A DNA stretch of 64,000 nt from Candidatus Bathyarchaeia archaeon (GCA_049521795.1 JBEKOM010000009.1:1-64000), one strand, 5' to 3'; shown: positions 27,442 to 37,556, counted from the stretch's first letter. A program made the numbers and translations. Notes: generated by a model not told the origin, from the sequence alone.

Positions 27442-28224
27442 TCATTTGCCTTTGAAGACAGGCTTTCTTTTCTCTGTGAACGCTGAGACGCCTTCCTTAA
27501 AGTCCTCCGATGAGGCAACGACGCCGAAGCCTTCCCGCTCTAGCGCTAGGGCCGAGTCGAGGCTTATGTTCGCGCCCTTGTTGATCAAGGCCTTTGCCAC
27601 TTTCAGCGCAACCGGAGGCTTGGATGCTAGCTCTAGGGCAAACTGTCGAACCGTCTCCATGAACTTGTCCGCAGGGGCTACCATGTTTATTAATCCCAAC
27701 TGCTCTGCGGTTCTCGCGTCAAGCATCTTTCCAGTGAAAACAAGCTCCTTAGCCTTCGTCATGCCCACCAGACGCGTGAGTCGCTGAGTCCCACCCCAAC
27801 CTGGAATTAAGCCGAAGTTCACTTCTGTCTGTCCCATGCGAGCGTTTTCAGAGGCTATGCGGATGTCGCCCGCCATGGCAACTTCCAAGCCTCCGCCCAA
27901 AGCGTAACCGTTGATCGCTGCAATGACAGGTTTCTCCAGGTTTTCCAAGGCTAGGCACAGGCTTTCGCCCATGAGTGAGAGCTCTCTCGCCTTCAAGGCA
28001 GTCATTCCCGCCATAGCTTTTATGTCAGCGCCAGCTGAGAACGCTTTTTCGCCAGCTCCTGTCAGCACGACAACGCGCACGTTTTCATCACTCTTAACAT
28101 CTTCCAGTGCCCGAAGTACTTCTTCTACCACTTCCTTGCTGAAGACGTTCAACGCCTCAGGCCGATTCAACGTGATTGTGGCTACACCCTCGCTCTTTTC
28201 ATAGATTATTGATTTGAATTCCAT
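27442..28224 (-). CDS. Enoyl-CoA hydratase (crotonase)
   Basis: 'FSAGADI', 'GYALGGGLE', 'QTEVNFGLIPGWGGTQRL'. Confidence 0.95.
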   Translation of the reverse strand: MEFKSIIYEKSEGVATITLNRPEALNVFSKEVVEEVLRALEDVKSDENVRVVVLTGAGEKAFSAGADIKAMAGMTALKARELSLMGESLCLALENLEKPVIAAINGYALGGGLEVAMAGDIRIASENARMGQTEVNFGLIPGWGGTQRLTRLVGMTKAKELVFTGKMLDARTAEQLGLINMVAPADKFMETVRQFALELASKPPVALKVAKALINKGANISLDSALALEREGFGVVASSEDFKEGVSAFTEKRKPVFKGK

Positions 28225-28242
28225 CAGTTACAACTCCCGCGC

Positions 28243-29118
28243 TTATTTTTGGGTCCAGTCGTAAAAGCCTTTGCCCGTCTTTCTGCCGAGAAGCTGGGCT
28301 TTAGCCATCTGCTTCAGTCCCGTGGTTGGGTGGAACTTCGGATCCAGTTCTTTCGTGAGCACTTCGGCAATGGCAAGCGTCGTGTCTGAACCTATGTAAT
28401 CCAACAGCATGAGAGGGCCCATGGGCCAGTTTAGTCCAAGCTTTATGGCCCTGTCGATGTCGTCCCTGTCCGCAACTCCTTCATAGCACAGGGCTACCGC
28501 CTCGTTCAGCGCGGGGATGAGTATCCTGTTCACTATGAAGCCTGGACTGTCCTTCTTCACGACCACCGTTTCCTTCTCCATCTTGTGGGCAACAGCCAAA
28601 ATCGTTTCAATGGTCGCGTCCGAAGTCTTCGCTCCTCTGATCACCTCAATTAGCTTCATGAGCTGCGGCGGGTTGAAGAAGTGCATGCCACAGACCCTTT
28701 CAGGGCGTTTGGTCGCTGAGGCCATCTCTGTGATGCTGACGGAGGAGGTGTTCGAAGCGATTATCGCGTGGCTCGGAGCGTAACTGTCCACTTCGCGGAA
28801 CGTGGCCTTCTTCAACTCCAAGTTCTCCGGGACCGCTTCAATTATCAAGTCCGCGTCGGCAACAGCCTCTTTCAAGTCGAGCGTTGGATGAATCCTTGCC
28901 AACGTCGCATTCATGTCCGCTTCAGTGAGCTGACCCTTCTTCACGAATCGCTGCAGGCTCTCCCTTATCATGCCCACACCGCTATCAACGAAACGCTGTT
29001 CAACATCTCGAAGATTCACTTCATACTTCCCGACTTGAGCCGCCACCTGTGCTATTCCGTGGCCCATCAAACCCGCGCCGAGAACTGCGATTCTCTTGAT
29101 TTCAGCCAAGTTTCTCAC
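28243..29118 (-). CDS. 3-hydroxyacyl-CoA (3-hydroxybutyryl-CoA) dehydrogenase
   Basis: 'GAGLMGHGIA', 'EAVPE', 'SNTSS', 'GMHFFNP', 'PGFIVNR', 'GRKTGKGFY'. Confidence 0.95.
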   Translation of the reverse strand: MRNLAEIKRIAVLGAGLMGHGIAQVAAQVGKYEVNLRDVEQRFVDSGVGMIRESLQRFVKKGQLTEADMNATLARIHPTLDLKEAVADADLIIEAVPENLELKKATFREVDSYAPSHAIIASNTSSVSITEMASATKRPERVCGMHFFNPPQLMKLIEVIRGAKTSDATIETILAVAHKMEKETVVVKKDSPGFIVNRILIPALNEAVALCYEGVADRDDIDRAIKLGLNWPMGPLMLLDYIGSDTTLAIAEVLTKELDPKFHPTTGLKQMAKAQLLGRKTGKGFYDWTQK

Positions 29119-29368
29119 CTTTAACGCAGAATGACTACTCGACCACTTTTACTAAAAAGGTTTTCCAACAATGCGCACCATTGTCCTTCTTGCCTTACAT
29201 GCGACAGGTGTTTAGAAGTCTCAACCACTAGCATCAGGTATGCGCACCAAACTTTCTGTTTCCCGACCTCTCTTTTCAAGGATTTCGGCGACGCTGCCCA
29301 TTGTTGACTTCACCCGAATTGCTCACAATTACTGCTTTCTCGCCATCTATGTTTTTCCAAGAGTCACG

Positions 29369-30178
29369 TCAGGGGAACGACCAGCGCTCAAAGTTCCATT
29401 TATAAATGCCGCCGTTCTCCAGTAGCCAAGCGTCGCAGCCTACTGGACCGCTCACCCATTTTTTCTGGTTGCCGTTCCAGTAGTACCATATCCAAGTGTA
29501 GCCCCAGGCGTAAGATGGGTCAGTATACGTTGATTTGTTGTTGATAGAATCAACTAGGACATGGCCTGGTTCAGTGAAAGCGTAGTAGCTGTATTTGATG
29601 ACGGCTATCTCTTGTGTCAATTTGAAAAGGGTGTAACCTGCTGACACTTTGGTTTCATTGTGCCATTCCACGGTTTCGTTTCCATAATTGATTTCAACGT
29701 TTACGGCCAGCGTCGTAGCTTCGCTGATTGACAGCGCTAGCTCTCTGAGTGCAGAAAGGCTAAACAAGTCATGGTACTCGCTGAGCAGATTACCAAAATC
29801 TGTTTTTGTGATGTTGCTTTTCTGCTGAAGTCCTTCGTAGTCGCTTAGGAGTTGATTGTACGTTTTGTTTATGTCCTCCTGTTCGAACAGGTTCGTATAG
29901 TTCTTGCCCAAGTTTGTGATTGCACTTCCTAAAGACGGCATTAAAGTCACGTAATTGCTACTTGCGAAGTACGAGTAGTTGCCATACAACGAGGCGTATT
30001 CAGTCAACAGCAAATCATACTTTTCGGTTGCGTCGCCGTAGCTTGACGCGACTTTGTTCAGCGAGTTTTGAGCGCTGTTTCCATTCTGGAGGAAGTAGTA
30101 CCCCGCAAACGATGAGGCCAGAGCTGCCCACACGATTGAGGCGAGCATCAAGAATACAAACGTTCTTTTTTCGACCAA
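29369..30178 (-). CDS. Membrane-anchored protein with C-terminal DUF4430/transcobalamin-C-like domain
   Basis: N-terminal TM helix, coiled stalk, then 'VEINYGN...TLFKLT...LVDSINN...WIWYYWN...GPVGCDAWLLENGG'. Confidence 0.7.
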   Translation of the reverse strand: MVEKRTFVFLMLASIVWAALASSFAGYYFLQNGNSAQNSLNKVASSYGDATEKYDLLLTEYASLYGNYSYFASSNYVTLMPSLGSAITNLGKNYTNLFEQEDINKTYNQLLSDYEGLQQKSNITKTDFGNLLSEYHDLFSLSALRELALSISEATTLAVNVEINYGNETVEWHNETKVSAGYTLFKLTQEIAVIKYSYYAFTEPGHVLVDSINNKSTYTDPSYAWGYTWIWYYWNGNQKKWVSGPVGCDAWLLENGGIYKWNFERWSFP

Positions 30179-30753
30179 GGAGATTCGCCAACCTTCAAAC
30201 TGTTCAACGCATTGGTGATTGGAAGAAACAGAACTCCAAAAACCACACTGTTAGAAACTATGTGTACCAACGAATAGAAGGAGCCGTAGACTACGGCGGT
30301 AAAAAAAGCCAAAGATGCGTCCTCGCCTGTCAAAATGAGTTGAACGCCAAATCCCAAGTTAGTGATCAAGTCATAAATCAGAGCAATAAAAGCGCCTAAA
30401 ACAGCCGCTTCTAAAAAGAAATTCTTGGAAAGAGTAGTGTCACGTGTGAATCTTCTATAAGCGCCGCCCAGAACAGCAGCGATCATCATGCCCATTATTT
30501 GGAAAGGGATGTTTAAGCCGCCAAACCCATAAGGAGACAAGAAGCCGTTGATGAGCATCACAAAGCTACCGAAAAACGCGCCGACAATTGCTCCTTCCAT
30601 CAACCCCAGTACAAAAGAGAAGAAAGATGTAAACTCGACGTTTGGCGGTCTAGGAACAATCTGAAGGGCTATGCATAGCGCGGTTAGAATTATTAAGAGA
30701 GCAAGTTTCCGCGTGTTCATTAAAGTGGCCTGCTGGTTAGATAATCCAGCCAA
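30148..30753 (-). CDS. ECF transporter S component (CbrT-like)
   Basis: Hydrophobic, about 6 TM helices; 'ILTALCIAL...PPNVEFTS', 'YDLITN', 'HIVSN'; likely start ATG about 30720. Confidence 0.75.
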   Translation of the reverse strand: MAGLSNQQATLMNTRKLALLIILTALCIALQIVPRPPNVEFTSFFSFVLGLMEGAIVGAFFGSFVMLINGFLSPYGFGGLNIPFQIMGMMIAAVLGGAYRRFTRDTTLSKNFFLEAAVLGAFIALIYDLITNLGFGVQLILTGEDASLAFFTAVVYGSFYSLVHIVSNSVVFGVLFLPITNALNSLKVGESPWSKKERLYS

Positions 30754-30810
30754 CGTATATAAGAATTGCTATAAACAACTACAACAGCTTATACGCGAGG
30801 AAAAACACGG

Positions 30811-31446
30811 TTGACGGCTCTTGAAACTGTTGCCAAGGTAGCAGCCAAGATCGCGCCTGGACGACAGCCCTCGTTCGCTGAGGCTCATGTCGTAGAGGCT
30901 TTGGAGGACATAAGCAGTCTAGGAGCTGTTGGCAGGTTGAGGCTTTCAAGGGACCTCGACTTAGGGGAAGGTGAGACCCGAACTCTCCTCAAGCATCTCA
31001 AGAACGAGGGCCTGATTGAAGTTTCAAAATCAGGGATCTCGCTGTCTGAAGCTGGAAGGAAGCTACTTTCCAGCCTGAGAGCGGTCTTGAGCGAACAAGT
31101 AGAGATTTCGTCTACGCCCTTGACAGTCGGCCGCTTCAACGTTGCAGTTCGAGTGGCAGGAATGAAAAACTCCGTAAAGTACGGCCTAGAACAGAGAGAC
31201 GCAGCCATAAAAGCAGGCGCAAAGGGAGCTACAACTTTTGTCTTCGGCAAGAACGGGTTAGCCATGCCTGGGACTGGAGAAGACGTATCAAAAAGTGGTT
31301 TCTCCATCATTGCAGCGTTGTCAAAACTCAGTTTGAAGGAGGGCGATGTCATAATAATCGGAAGTGCAGATGAAAAGATCAAGGCAGAACTTGGAACGAA
31401 AACAGCCGCCCTTGAACTTCTCAAAGTAGGCCATGGAAAACCCTGA
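30811..31446 (+). CDS. Winged-helix protein (DUF2111/DUF4443-like)
   Basis: 'VGRLRLSRDLDLGEGETRTLLKHL' HTH; 'GLEQRDAAIKAGAKGATT'. Confidence 0.8.
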   Translation: MTALETVAKVAAKIAPGRQPSFAEAHVVEALEDISSLGAVGRLRLSRDLDLGEGETRTLLKHLKNEGLIEVSKSGISLSEAGRKLLSSLRAVLSEQVEISSTPLTVGRFNVAVRVAGMKNSVKYGLEQRDAAIKAGAKGATTFVFGKNGLAMPGTGEDVSKSGFSIIAALSKLSLKEGDVIIIGSADEKIKAELGTKTAALELLKVGHGKP

Positions 31447-31544
31447 ACTCTAACGCACTGGCCAAACCAATGACACGTTCCATGGCCATTCTGGCAAGAA
31501 GAGGCGCGGATAGCACTCTGCACTATGCAAGTGAGAGGGAGCGC

Positions 31545-32441
31545 TCAAACAAGTTCTCCATTAGCGACCATAACAACCTTTCCGCCTACGTGAACCTGTA
31601 TTTCATTCAGCCTCTTTCTCGCCTTAAGACGAAGTAAAGAAGGCCGACGTATTTCGCAGCCTTGCTCAACTCTGATGTCAACGATGTCGCTCCCAAAGTA
31701 ACGGTAGCGAGACAGATAGCCTGCGAGGCAACCGTTGCCTGAACCAGTGGCAGGATCCTCGGGAATTCCGAACAGATCTACGAAGACTCGAACGTTTAAG
31801 TCGTTCTCCTTCTCGTATGTTTCAGGACTAAACACGAGAATGCCCGTCTGGGCGGCTTTCGTCAGTTTCTCATGGCGTTCCCGGTTGACCCTGGCACGCT
31901 TCACTGCTTCCAGCGATTTCAAAGGAACGATTGTGAAAGGAGTACCAGTGGACACTTCTTGAATAGGAAACCTGCTGTCCACGTCTTTCACTTCGAGACA
32001 CAGCGCCTCGGAGATTCCTACGGCATCAAACGTCTCACCAAAAGCAGGCGGTATCTGTTTCATCCACAGAATCTCGTTGCCAGCGGTGTCTTTTTCAAAG
32101 GTGACAGGTATCTGCCCTACCTTCAAGTTCAGTAACACTTTCTTCACAGTTCGATTTAGGACATGATGTCTTATGACGTAAGCTGTGCCTAGGGTAGGGT
32201 GACCTGCAAACGGCAATTCGTTCGCTGGCGTAAAGATGCGAACATCATACCCGCCGTCTCTCTCTTCGTCTGACAGGATAAACGTCGTTTCAGAGAAATG
32301 CATCTCATTGGCGATCTTCTGCATCTGAACTTTAGATAACGCACGTGCGTTTCTGAATACGGCAAGCTGGTTCCCCGCGTATTTTTCCTCGGCAAACACA
32401 TCAAGCAAGCAAAATTCCAAACTTCGCATTTTGGCCTTCAC
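31545..32441 (-). CDS. PhzF family epimerase/isomerase
   Basis: 'DVFA..YAGNQLAV', 'FSETTF', 'ELPFAGHPTLG', 'EDPATGSGNG', 'EQG'. Confidence 0.93.
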   Translation of the reverse strand: MKAKMRSLEFCLLDVFAEEKYAGNQLAVFRNARALSKVQMQKIANEMHFSETTFILSDEERDGGYDVRIFTPANELPFAGHPTLGTAYVIRHHVLNRTVKKVLLNLKVGQIPVTFEKDTAGNEILWMKQIPPAFGETFDAVGISEALCLEVKDVDSRFPIQEVSTGTPFTIVPLKSLEAVKRARVNRERHEKLTKAAQTGILVFSPETYEKENDLNVRVFVDLFGIPEDPATGSGNGCLAGYLSRYRYFGSDIVDIRVEQGCEIRRPSLLRLKARKRLNEIQVHVGGKVVMVANGELV

Positions 32442-32479
32442 ACTCCGATGGGTCCTTCACCGAGCATACGAAGCGCGCG

Positions 32480-33667
32480 CTAGTAGGATTTTGGCAAGCC
32501 TAGGACGTGTTCGCCTATGAACGCAAGTGCCATTTGATGTGTCACGGGTGCCAGCCTGATCAGGTTCACTTCTCTCCACCAACGTTCCACGTCGTAGTCG
32601 ACGGCGTAACCGTAGCCTCCGAAGGTCTGCATGGCATGGTACACCGCCTGCGCGCCTGCTTCTTCAGCTGAGACTTTCGCCATTGCGGCTTCTGCGCCGC
32701 AAGGTTTTCCATTATCGTACAGCCATGCGGCTTTGTACGTGAGCAGTCTGGCTGCTTCGATTTTTGCTTTAGCTTCTGCTAGGGGAAACTGGAGTGCTTG
32801 GTAGGAGCCGATGGGGGCTCCGAAAACGTTTCTCTGTTTGGCGTGTTCGATGGCCTTCTTCATCGCCAAGAGTCCTATTCCTCCGGCGGCTCCGGCGAAG
32901 GAAATTCGTTCGGGGTTCAGGGTGTCAAGAATAACGTACCAGCCTTTGTCTCTTTCGCCGAGCATGTTTTCGCGAGGTATCCTGAGGTCGGTGATGTAAA
33001 CGTCGCAGGTCTTTGAGTAGTTGATTCCGTGTTTTTCAATAGGTGTAACCTCTATGGCTGGGTTCGGTAGATCGACGAGGAAGACGCTTAAGCCTATCGT
33101 TCTCTTCGGCGCCTTCTCCAGAGGGGTTGTTCTTGTGATGAGGACCATTCCTTTTGCTCTGTCGACGCCTGAGATCAGGGTTTTTCGTCCGTTCACGACG
33201 AATTCGTCTCCGTCTTCGACCGCTGCGGTCTGAATGTTCAGCGTGTTGGTCCCTGCGTCGGGTTCAGTGAGCCCCAGACAGAACTCGGTGCCCTTAACGA
33301 TCTTCGGCAGGTACCTCTCTTTCTGATCTTCATTTCCATGCTTCACAAGGGACAAACCTCCAAAAACAGAGGTCAGGCACAGAAACCACGTTCCTGCGAA
33401 CCCGCAGCTTTCAGAGGTCAGGGTTTCCATTGCTAAGAGCATCTCGGACATTCCCATGCCTCCGCCTCCGTACTTTTCAGGCACGACGATGCCCACGAAA
33501 CCGGCTTCAACCAAGGCCTTCCAGAAGTCGTCAGGGAACTCGTGATTCTTGTCCTTGTTGCGCCAGTACTCTGGGTCGAAGTCCTTTGCGACGTCACAGG
33601 CCGCACTGACTATCATCTTTTGCTCAGGAGTTAGCTCGAAGCTCAACGGTTTCACCGAGCAATTCAT
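32480..33667 (-). CDS. Acyl-CoA dehydrogenase
   Basis: 'PEKYGGGG', 'LTEPDAGT', 'RNVFGAPIG', 'QTFGGYGY'. Confidence 0.93.
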   Translation of the reverse strand: MNCSVKPLSFELTPEQKMIVSAACDVAKDFDPEYWRNKDKNHEFPDDFWKALVEAGFVGIVVPEKYGGGGMGMSEMLLAMETLTSESCGFAGTWFLCLTSVFGGLSLVKHGNEDQKERYLPKIVKGTEFCLGLTEPDAGTNTLNIQTAAVEDGDEFVVNGRKTLISGVDRAKGMVLITRTTPLEKAPKRTIGLSVFLVDLPNPAIEVTPIEKHGINYSKTCDVYITDLRIPRENMLGERDKGWYVILDTLNPERISFAGAAGGIGLLAMKKAIEHAKQRNVFGAPIGSYQALQFPLAEAKAKIEAARLLTYKAAWLYDNGKPCGAEAAMAKVSAEEAGAQAVYHAMQTFGGYGYAVDYDVERWWREVNLIRLAPVTHQMALAFIGEHVLGLPKSY

Positions 33668-33830
33668 CTATGAGACGGTTATAAAAGAATGCTCCCTGCA
33701 AGCCATGAAACGATGATGGAAGGCTTTGGCGCGCGCTATTGTTGACAGATTAAGGACTGAAACGATCGAGCCGAACACAGCTCCCCTGCATCGCGCGCGT
33801 CTGTTCGCGGGGAAAGTTTTATAAAATAAT

Positions 33831-34292
33831 GTGGGTCAGGGATGTTGCATTGGAGTTTTGATGTTTTTGATTCTGGACTCGATTTTGAGTCAGACGGATT
33901 TGGTCAGCTTAGTTGTGTTAATTATCGGCTTGATCATTCTGTGGATAATTGTTTCGATACCCGCGTACTTGGCAGGAAAAGTGGTGACGAGCGGGAGGTC
34001 CACTTTCGGCGAGGCTATGCTTGCGACGCTTTTCGGGCCCATAGTCTATGCTGTAACGCTGATCGTGGTGGATTATTTTCTGGGGGCGATAATAGGGGGC
34101 GCAGCTTCCGTAATTGCCTTGATTCTCGCTTTCATAGCTTGGGTGTGGGTCTTTAAGGCAAGCTTCAAGACTGGCTGGCTCGGTGGGCTCGGGATAGCGA
34201 TACTCTCTGTAATCGTGTTTTGGATATTGAGCATAATTCTAGGCTTCTTGTTTGGTTCAATTACAACTACGCACTACTTCCCTAGCTTCTAG
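33831..34292 (+). CDS. Small integral membrane protein
   Basis: Four hydrophobic segments; start uncertain (probably later than 33831). Confidence 0.75.
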   Translation: MGQGCCIGVLMFLILDSILSQTDLVSLVVLIIGLIILWIIVSIPAYLAGKVVTSGRSTFGEAMLATLFGPIVYAVTLIVVDYFLGAIIGGAASVIALILAFIAWVWVFKASFKTGWLGGLGIAILSVIVFWILSIILGFLFGSITTTHYFPSF

Positions 34293-34505
34293 ACGCTTGA
34301 ATTTCGTGGTCCTTCGGATTTAAGTGGACCGTGTTCCTAGGAACTAGAGCGCTCTCATATTACTAGACCGCAAACGCGTTCAAGTCCTGCGAGCGCAATA
34401 GCGAAGGGCCTGCTTTTGACCTCAGTTACCCACATCAAATCTTATATGAGCGACTGTCAGAATAGGAGATCAGTCCAAGTTCAACCTTGTTTGGAATGTG
34501 TGCGA

Positions 34506-35831
34506 ATGAGAAAGACGATATTCAAGAAGCTTGAGGCTCAGGGCTTAATCACAAACTACAACCATCTGAGAAAGAATCTGCCGCCGAAACTTCCTGAGAA
34601 CGTTTTGATATGGGATGAGACGCTGAGAGAGGGTGTTCAGGCCTTAGCGGTCTTTTTGACCTATGTTGAGAAAGTGAAGTTGGCCAAGATGATGGATGAG
34701 GTGGGCGTGTCCATCATATCTGTGGGTTTTCCAGCACTCTCTGAAGAAGAGAAGAGTGCAGTTAAAAAAATCGCGAACGAAGGCTTTCAGCAGGCAACCC
34801 TTGTGGCTTCGGCGCGGATCGTTAAGAGCGACATAGACACGTGTCTTGAGTGCGGGATAAGAGAGCTCTCCCTGTTCACGCCGTTCAACGGGCTGCACCT
34901 TCAGTACAGGCTCAAGGAGACCAAAGAGCAGGTCTTGAAGAAAACTGTTGAAAGCGTCGAGTATGCTAAGAAGCACGGTGCAAAGGTGGATTTTGTCCTT
35001 GAGGACGCTTCGCGAACGCCCTTGCAGGACATTCTGCAGATCTTTGAAGCTGCCGCGAGGGCTGGTGCGGACCGGCTGGTGATCGCGGACACTGTTGGTT
35101 TCCTTAGACCCTTGTCTATGCATTACCTGGTATCGCACGTGAGGGACGGCCTGTCAGAGCTTATGAAGAAGCAGGTTCCGCTCTCCATCCATTGTAACAA
35201 CGATTTTGGCCTTGCAACTGCGAACACGTTGGCAGCCGTGGAAGAGGGCGTTGCGTGTGTGCACACGTGTGTTGCAGGGTTTGGTGGAAGAGCTGGCTGT
35301 GCGCCACTGGAGGAAGTCTGCACAGCGTTAGAGCTGCTCTATGACATTGACACCAAGGTGGATCTGGGGAAGCTGAACAGGCTTTCACAGTTGGTCGAGA
35401 AAAGTTTTGCCCTGCCCATTCAATTTCACAAGCCGATAATCGGGGAAAACGCTTTCTCCTACGAGATGAACGAAAACCTAGGGGCGATGATTGCGAACCC
35501 AATAATCTACGAGCCTTTTCCGCCTGAAATAGTTGGAAGGGAAACCACGTTCCATCTGGGCAGACAGACTGGAAAGAGCGTGGTTGAAGAACGGTTGAAG
35601 ATGGCAGAGATCAAGGCTACGCCCGTGCAGATACAGGAGATCGTTAGACGAATAAGAATAAGCCAAGAGTCTTTGGACAAGGGCGAGGCGCAGATGACTT
35701 TTTACCAGGTCAAGAAGCTGATGAAGGAACTTAGAAAAGGTCTGACTGAAGAAGAGTTTTGGCGGACAGTTGAGCAGGTCACGAAGCAAAAACCCAAGCT
35801 GGTCCAACCGCTGACAACTGCGCCTACTTAG
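34506..35831 (+). CDS. DRE-TIM (isopropylmalate/homocitrate synthase-like) protein with degenerate active site
   Basis: Fold motifs 'DETLREG', 'EDASRT', 'ADTVG', 'NDFGLATAN', 'KPIIGENAF'; substitutions listed in findings. Confidence 0.85.
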   Translation: MRKTIFKKLEAQGLITNYNHLRKNLPPKLPENVLIWDETLREGVQALAVFLTYVEKVKLAKMMDEVGVSIISVGFPALSEEEKSAVKKIANEGFQQATLVASARIVKSDIDTCLECGIRELSLFTPFNGLHLQYRLKETKEQVLKKTVESVEYAKKHGAKVDFVLEDASRTPLQDILQIFEAAARAGADRLVIADTVGFLRPLSMHYLVSHVRDGLSELMKKQVPLSIHCNNDFGLATANTLAAVEEGVACVHTCVAGFGGRAGCAPLEEVCTALELLYDIDTKVDLGKLNRLSQLVEKSFALPIQFHKPIIGENAFSYEMNENLGAMIANPIIYEPFPPEIVGRETTFHLGRQTGKSVVEERLKMAEIKATPVQIQEIVRRIRISQESLDKGEAQMTFYQVKKLMKELRKGLTEEEFWRTVEQVTKQKPKLVQPLTTAPT

Positions 35832-36612
35832 TTCTTGGGATGTATATCCCAGTGGGGTCTATTGCTCTTAGAAGCTCAAGCTCCTCGCACGTGGGCAGGT
35901 CCGTGGTGGGCACGTTCTTCGGCACGATCAGGTTGAAGCCTGTGTTCTCAAGAACCTGCTCAACCGTCACGCCCGGATGCACCGTTGCCAACCTCAGGCG
36001 TTTTGTTTCAGGGTCAAAGTCCATCTGGCAGAGGTTTGTGACCACGAGTGATGGCCCACCTCCGCGTAACCCGGCCTTTTCTCTGGCTCCAGGTCCGTCA
36101 AGGAAGCCTGGACTCGTGAGATAGTCCAGTTTCTTCACCATTTTCCTTTTTTCATGCGTCATTATGACCACTGTGCGCTTGGCTGACGACACTATGTCGT
36201 TTCCTCCTCCGCTGCCTGGCAGCCTGACTGACGGCTTTTCGAAGCTTCCAATGTAGGTCGTGTTTATGTTTCCGTACTCGTCGATCTGGGCCGCACCGAC
36301 GAACCCTAAGTCGACGTGTCCGCCCTGCAGCATGAGCCCGAGAGTCTCGAACAGACCGATAGCTCCTGACGCGCGCCAACCCAGTCTAGAGTCAGCTATG
36401 GACAAGGCTATGTCCTTCGCGTTTGAATCTATGAAACCTGCCTCGAAAACGATTCTTGCACTGGGCGCGTGCGTTCTCTTCGCCAGCAACGCTGCAATCA
36501 TGGGTAGGCCTGTTCCAATGAAAACGACCTCACCGTTCTTTATCAGTCTGGAGCCGCAGACCGCCATGAGTTCCAAGGTGTTGAAGTCTCCAGGTTTTGC
36601 GATTTTGGCCGT
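35824..36612 (-). CDS. Family I CoA-transferase beta subunit (glutaconate CoA-transferase-like)
   Basis: 'FIGTGLP', 'VFEAG' (catalytic Glu), 'GAAQIDEYGNIN', 'LPGSGGGND', 'YLTSPG'; start placed at ACG 36612 (TTG 36576 is the fallback). Confidence 0.9.
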   Translation of the reverse strand, partial: TAKIAKPGDFNTLELMAVCGSRLIKNGEVVFIGTGLPMIAALLAKRTHAPSARIVFEAGFIDSNAKDIALSIADSRLGWRASGAIGLFETLGLMLQGGHVDLGFVGAAQIDEYGNINTTYIGSFEKPSVRLPGSGGGNDIVSSAKRTVVIMTHEKRKMVKKLDYLTSPGFLDGPGAREKAGLRGGGPSLVVTNLCQMDFDPETKRLRLATVHPGVTVEQVLENTGFNLIVPKNVPTTDLPTCEELELLRAIDPTGIYIPRTK

Positions 36613-36629
36613 GTTTCTCGTTCCTCCTT

Positions 36630-37556
36630 CTAGTACGGGAACGGCTTTTTCGCCCTGAGCTTCATCAACCGTTCGATGCCTATCTTCTGCAGGAACTCAT
36701 AGTGACCGTCGACGCTTGTTATGTAGTCTTCACAGTATTTTTGCCACCCTTCCTCTGTCTTGCACTGGTCATAGTACATGCGAACATGTTCCATGTCATA
36801 GTCGTAATAGTTGTAAACCATCATCGGATACGAGCCCCATGGGCACTCAACGACGTGAGTAACGTAGATGTTTGGGATGACCGTCTGGTCAGGCTGAGAC
36901 CGAATAAATTCTGTGTCCACGATTTCCTCAGCCGTGATGATGACCTTCTTTCCCGCCCTTGCCCCTTCCACGTCTTCGCCGCGGATTCCGTCTATCTGCA
37001 CGTTTCCTTCTCGGTCCACGCGTGAAGCGTGCACTATGCTGAAGTCTGGACGAACCGATGGGACGAGGACCACTTTTTCTCCCGTGAACGGGCAATCGAT
37101 CACTTCTGCCTTCTTGTCCCTGAACCTCTTTTTTGCAAGCATGTCCGTTGCCAGCATGCTTTTAAGCGGCATGAAAGGGACTCCGAGCGCACCGCCGAAG
37201 AAACGCAGAACCATCGCAAGGTTTGAATAATCTTCTATTTCGATGGCACCTTCACGGATTCTCCTCTGAATGTTTGGCACGAGACCTATGCCTTCGATCG
37301 CGTAGAAAGCCAGCTCATACCGTGAAACAACCCGCGCGCCTGACAGAATGTCAATGTCCATTTCTGACCCGCAAGTGTAGATTGTCAAGTCTCTCTTTTT
37401 CTGCCTGACAAGCTCGTAAGCGAAAGCCATAGCCGGACGCTGGAAGCCGAAGCCTCCCCAGAAAAGGTGAGAGCCATCTGGAACAAGCTTCACGGCCTCT
37501 TTCAACGTTATCCTCTTGTCTTCGACTGGGGCCTCAACCAAATTTTCACCAGCCAT
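36630..37556 (-). CDS. Family I CoA-transferase alpha subunit
   Basis: 'GGFG', 'GALGVPFMP', 'CPFTGE', 'DREGN', 'EEIV', 'PWGSYP'. Confidence 0.9.
   Translation of the reverse strand: MAGENLVEAPVEDKRITLKEAVKLVPDGSHLFWGGFGFQRPAMAFAYELVRQKKRDLTIYTCGSEMDIDILSGARVVSRYELAFYAIEGIGLVPNIQRRIREGAIEIEDYSNLAMVLRFFGGALGVPFMPLKSMLATDMLAKKRFRDKKAEVIDCPFTGEKVVLVPSVRPDFSIVHASRVDREGNVQIDGIRGEDVEGARAGKKVIITAEEIVDTEFIRSQPDQTVIPNIYVTHVVECPWGSYPMMVYNYYDYDMEHVRMYYDQCKTEEGWQKYCEDYITSVDGHYEFLQKIGIERLMKLRAKKPFPY

Noticed and set aside
30885-31523. 212-aa antisense ORF
   Set aside because: Shadow of the 30811-31446 HTH gene, with no motifs.
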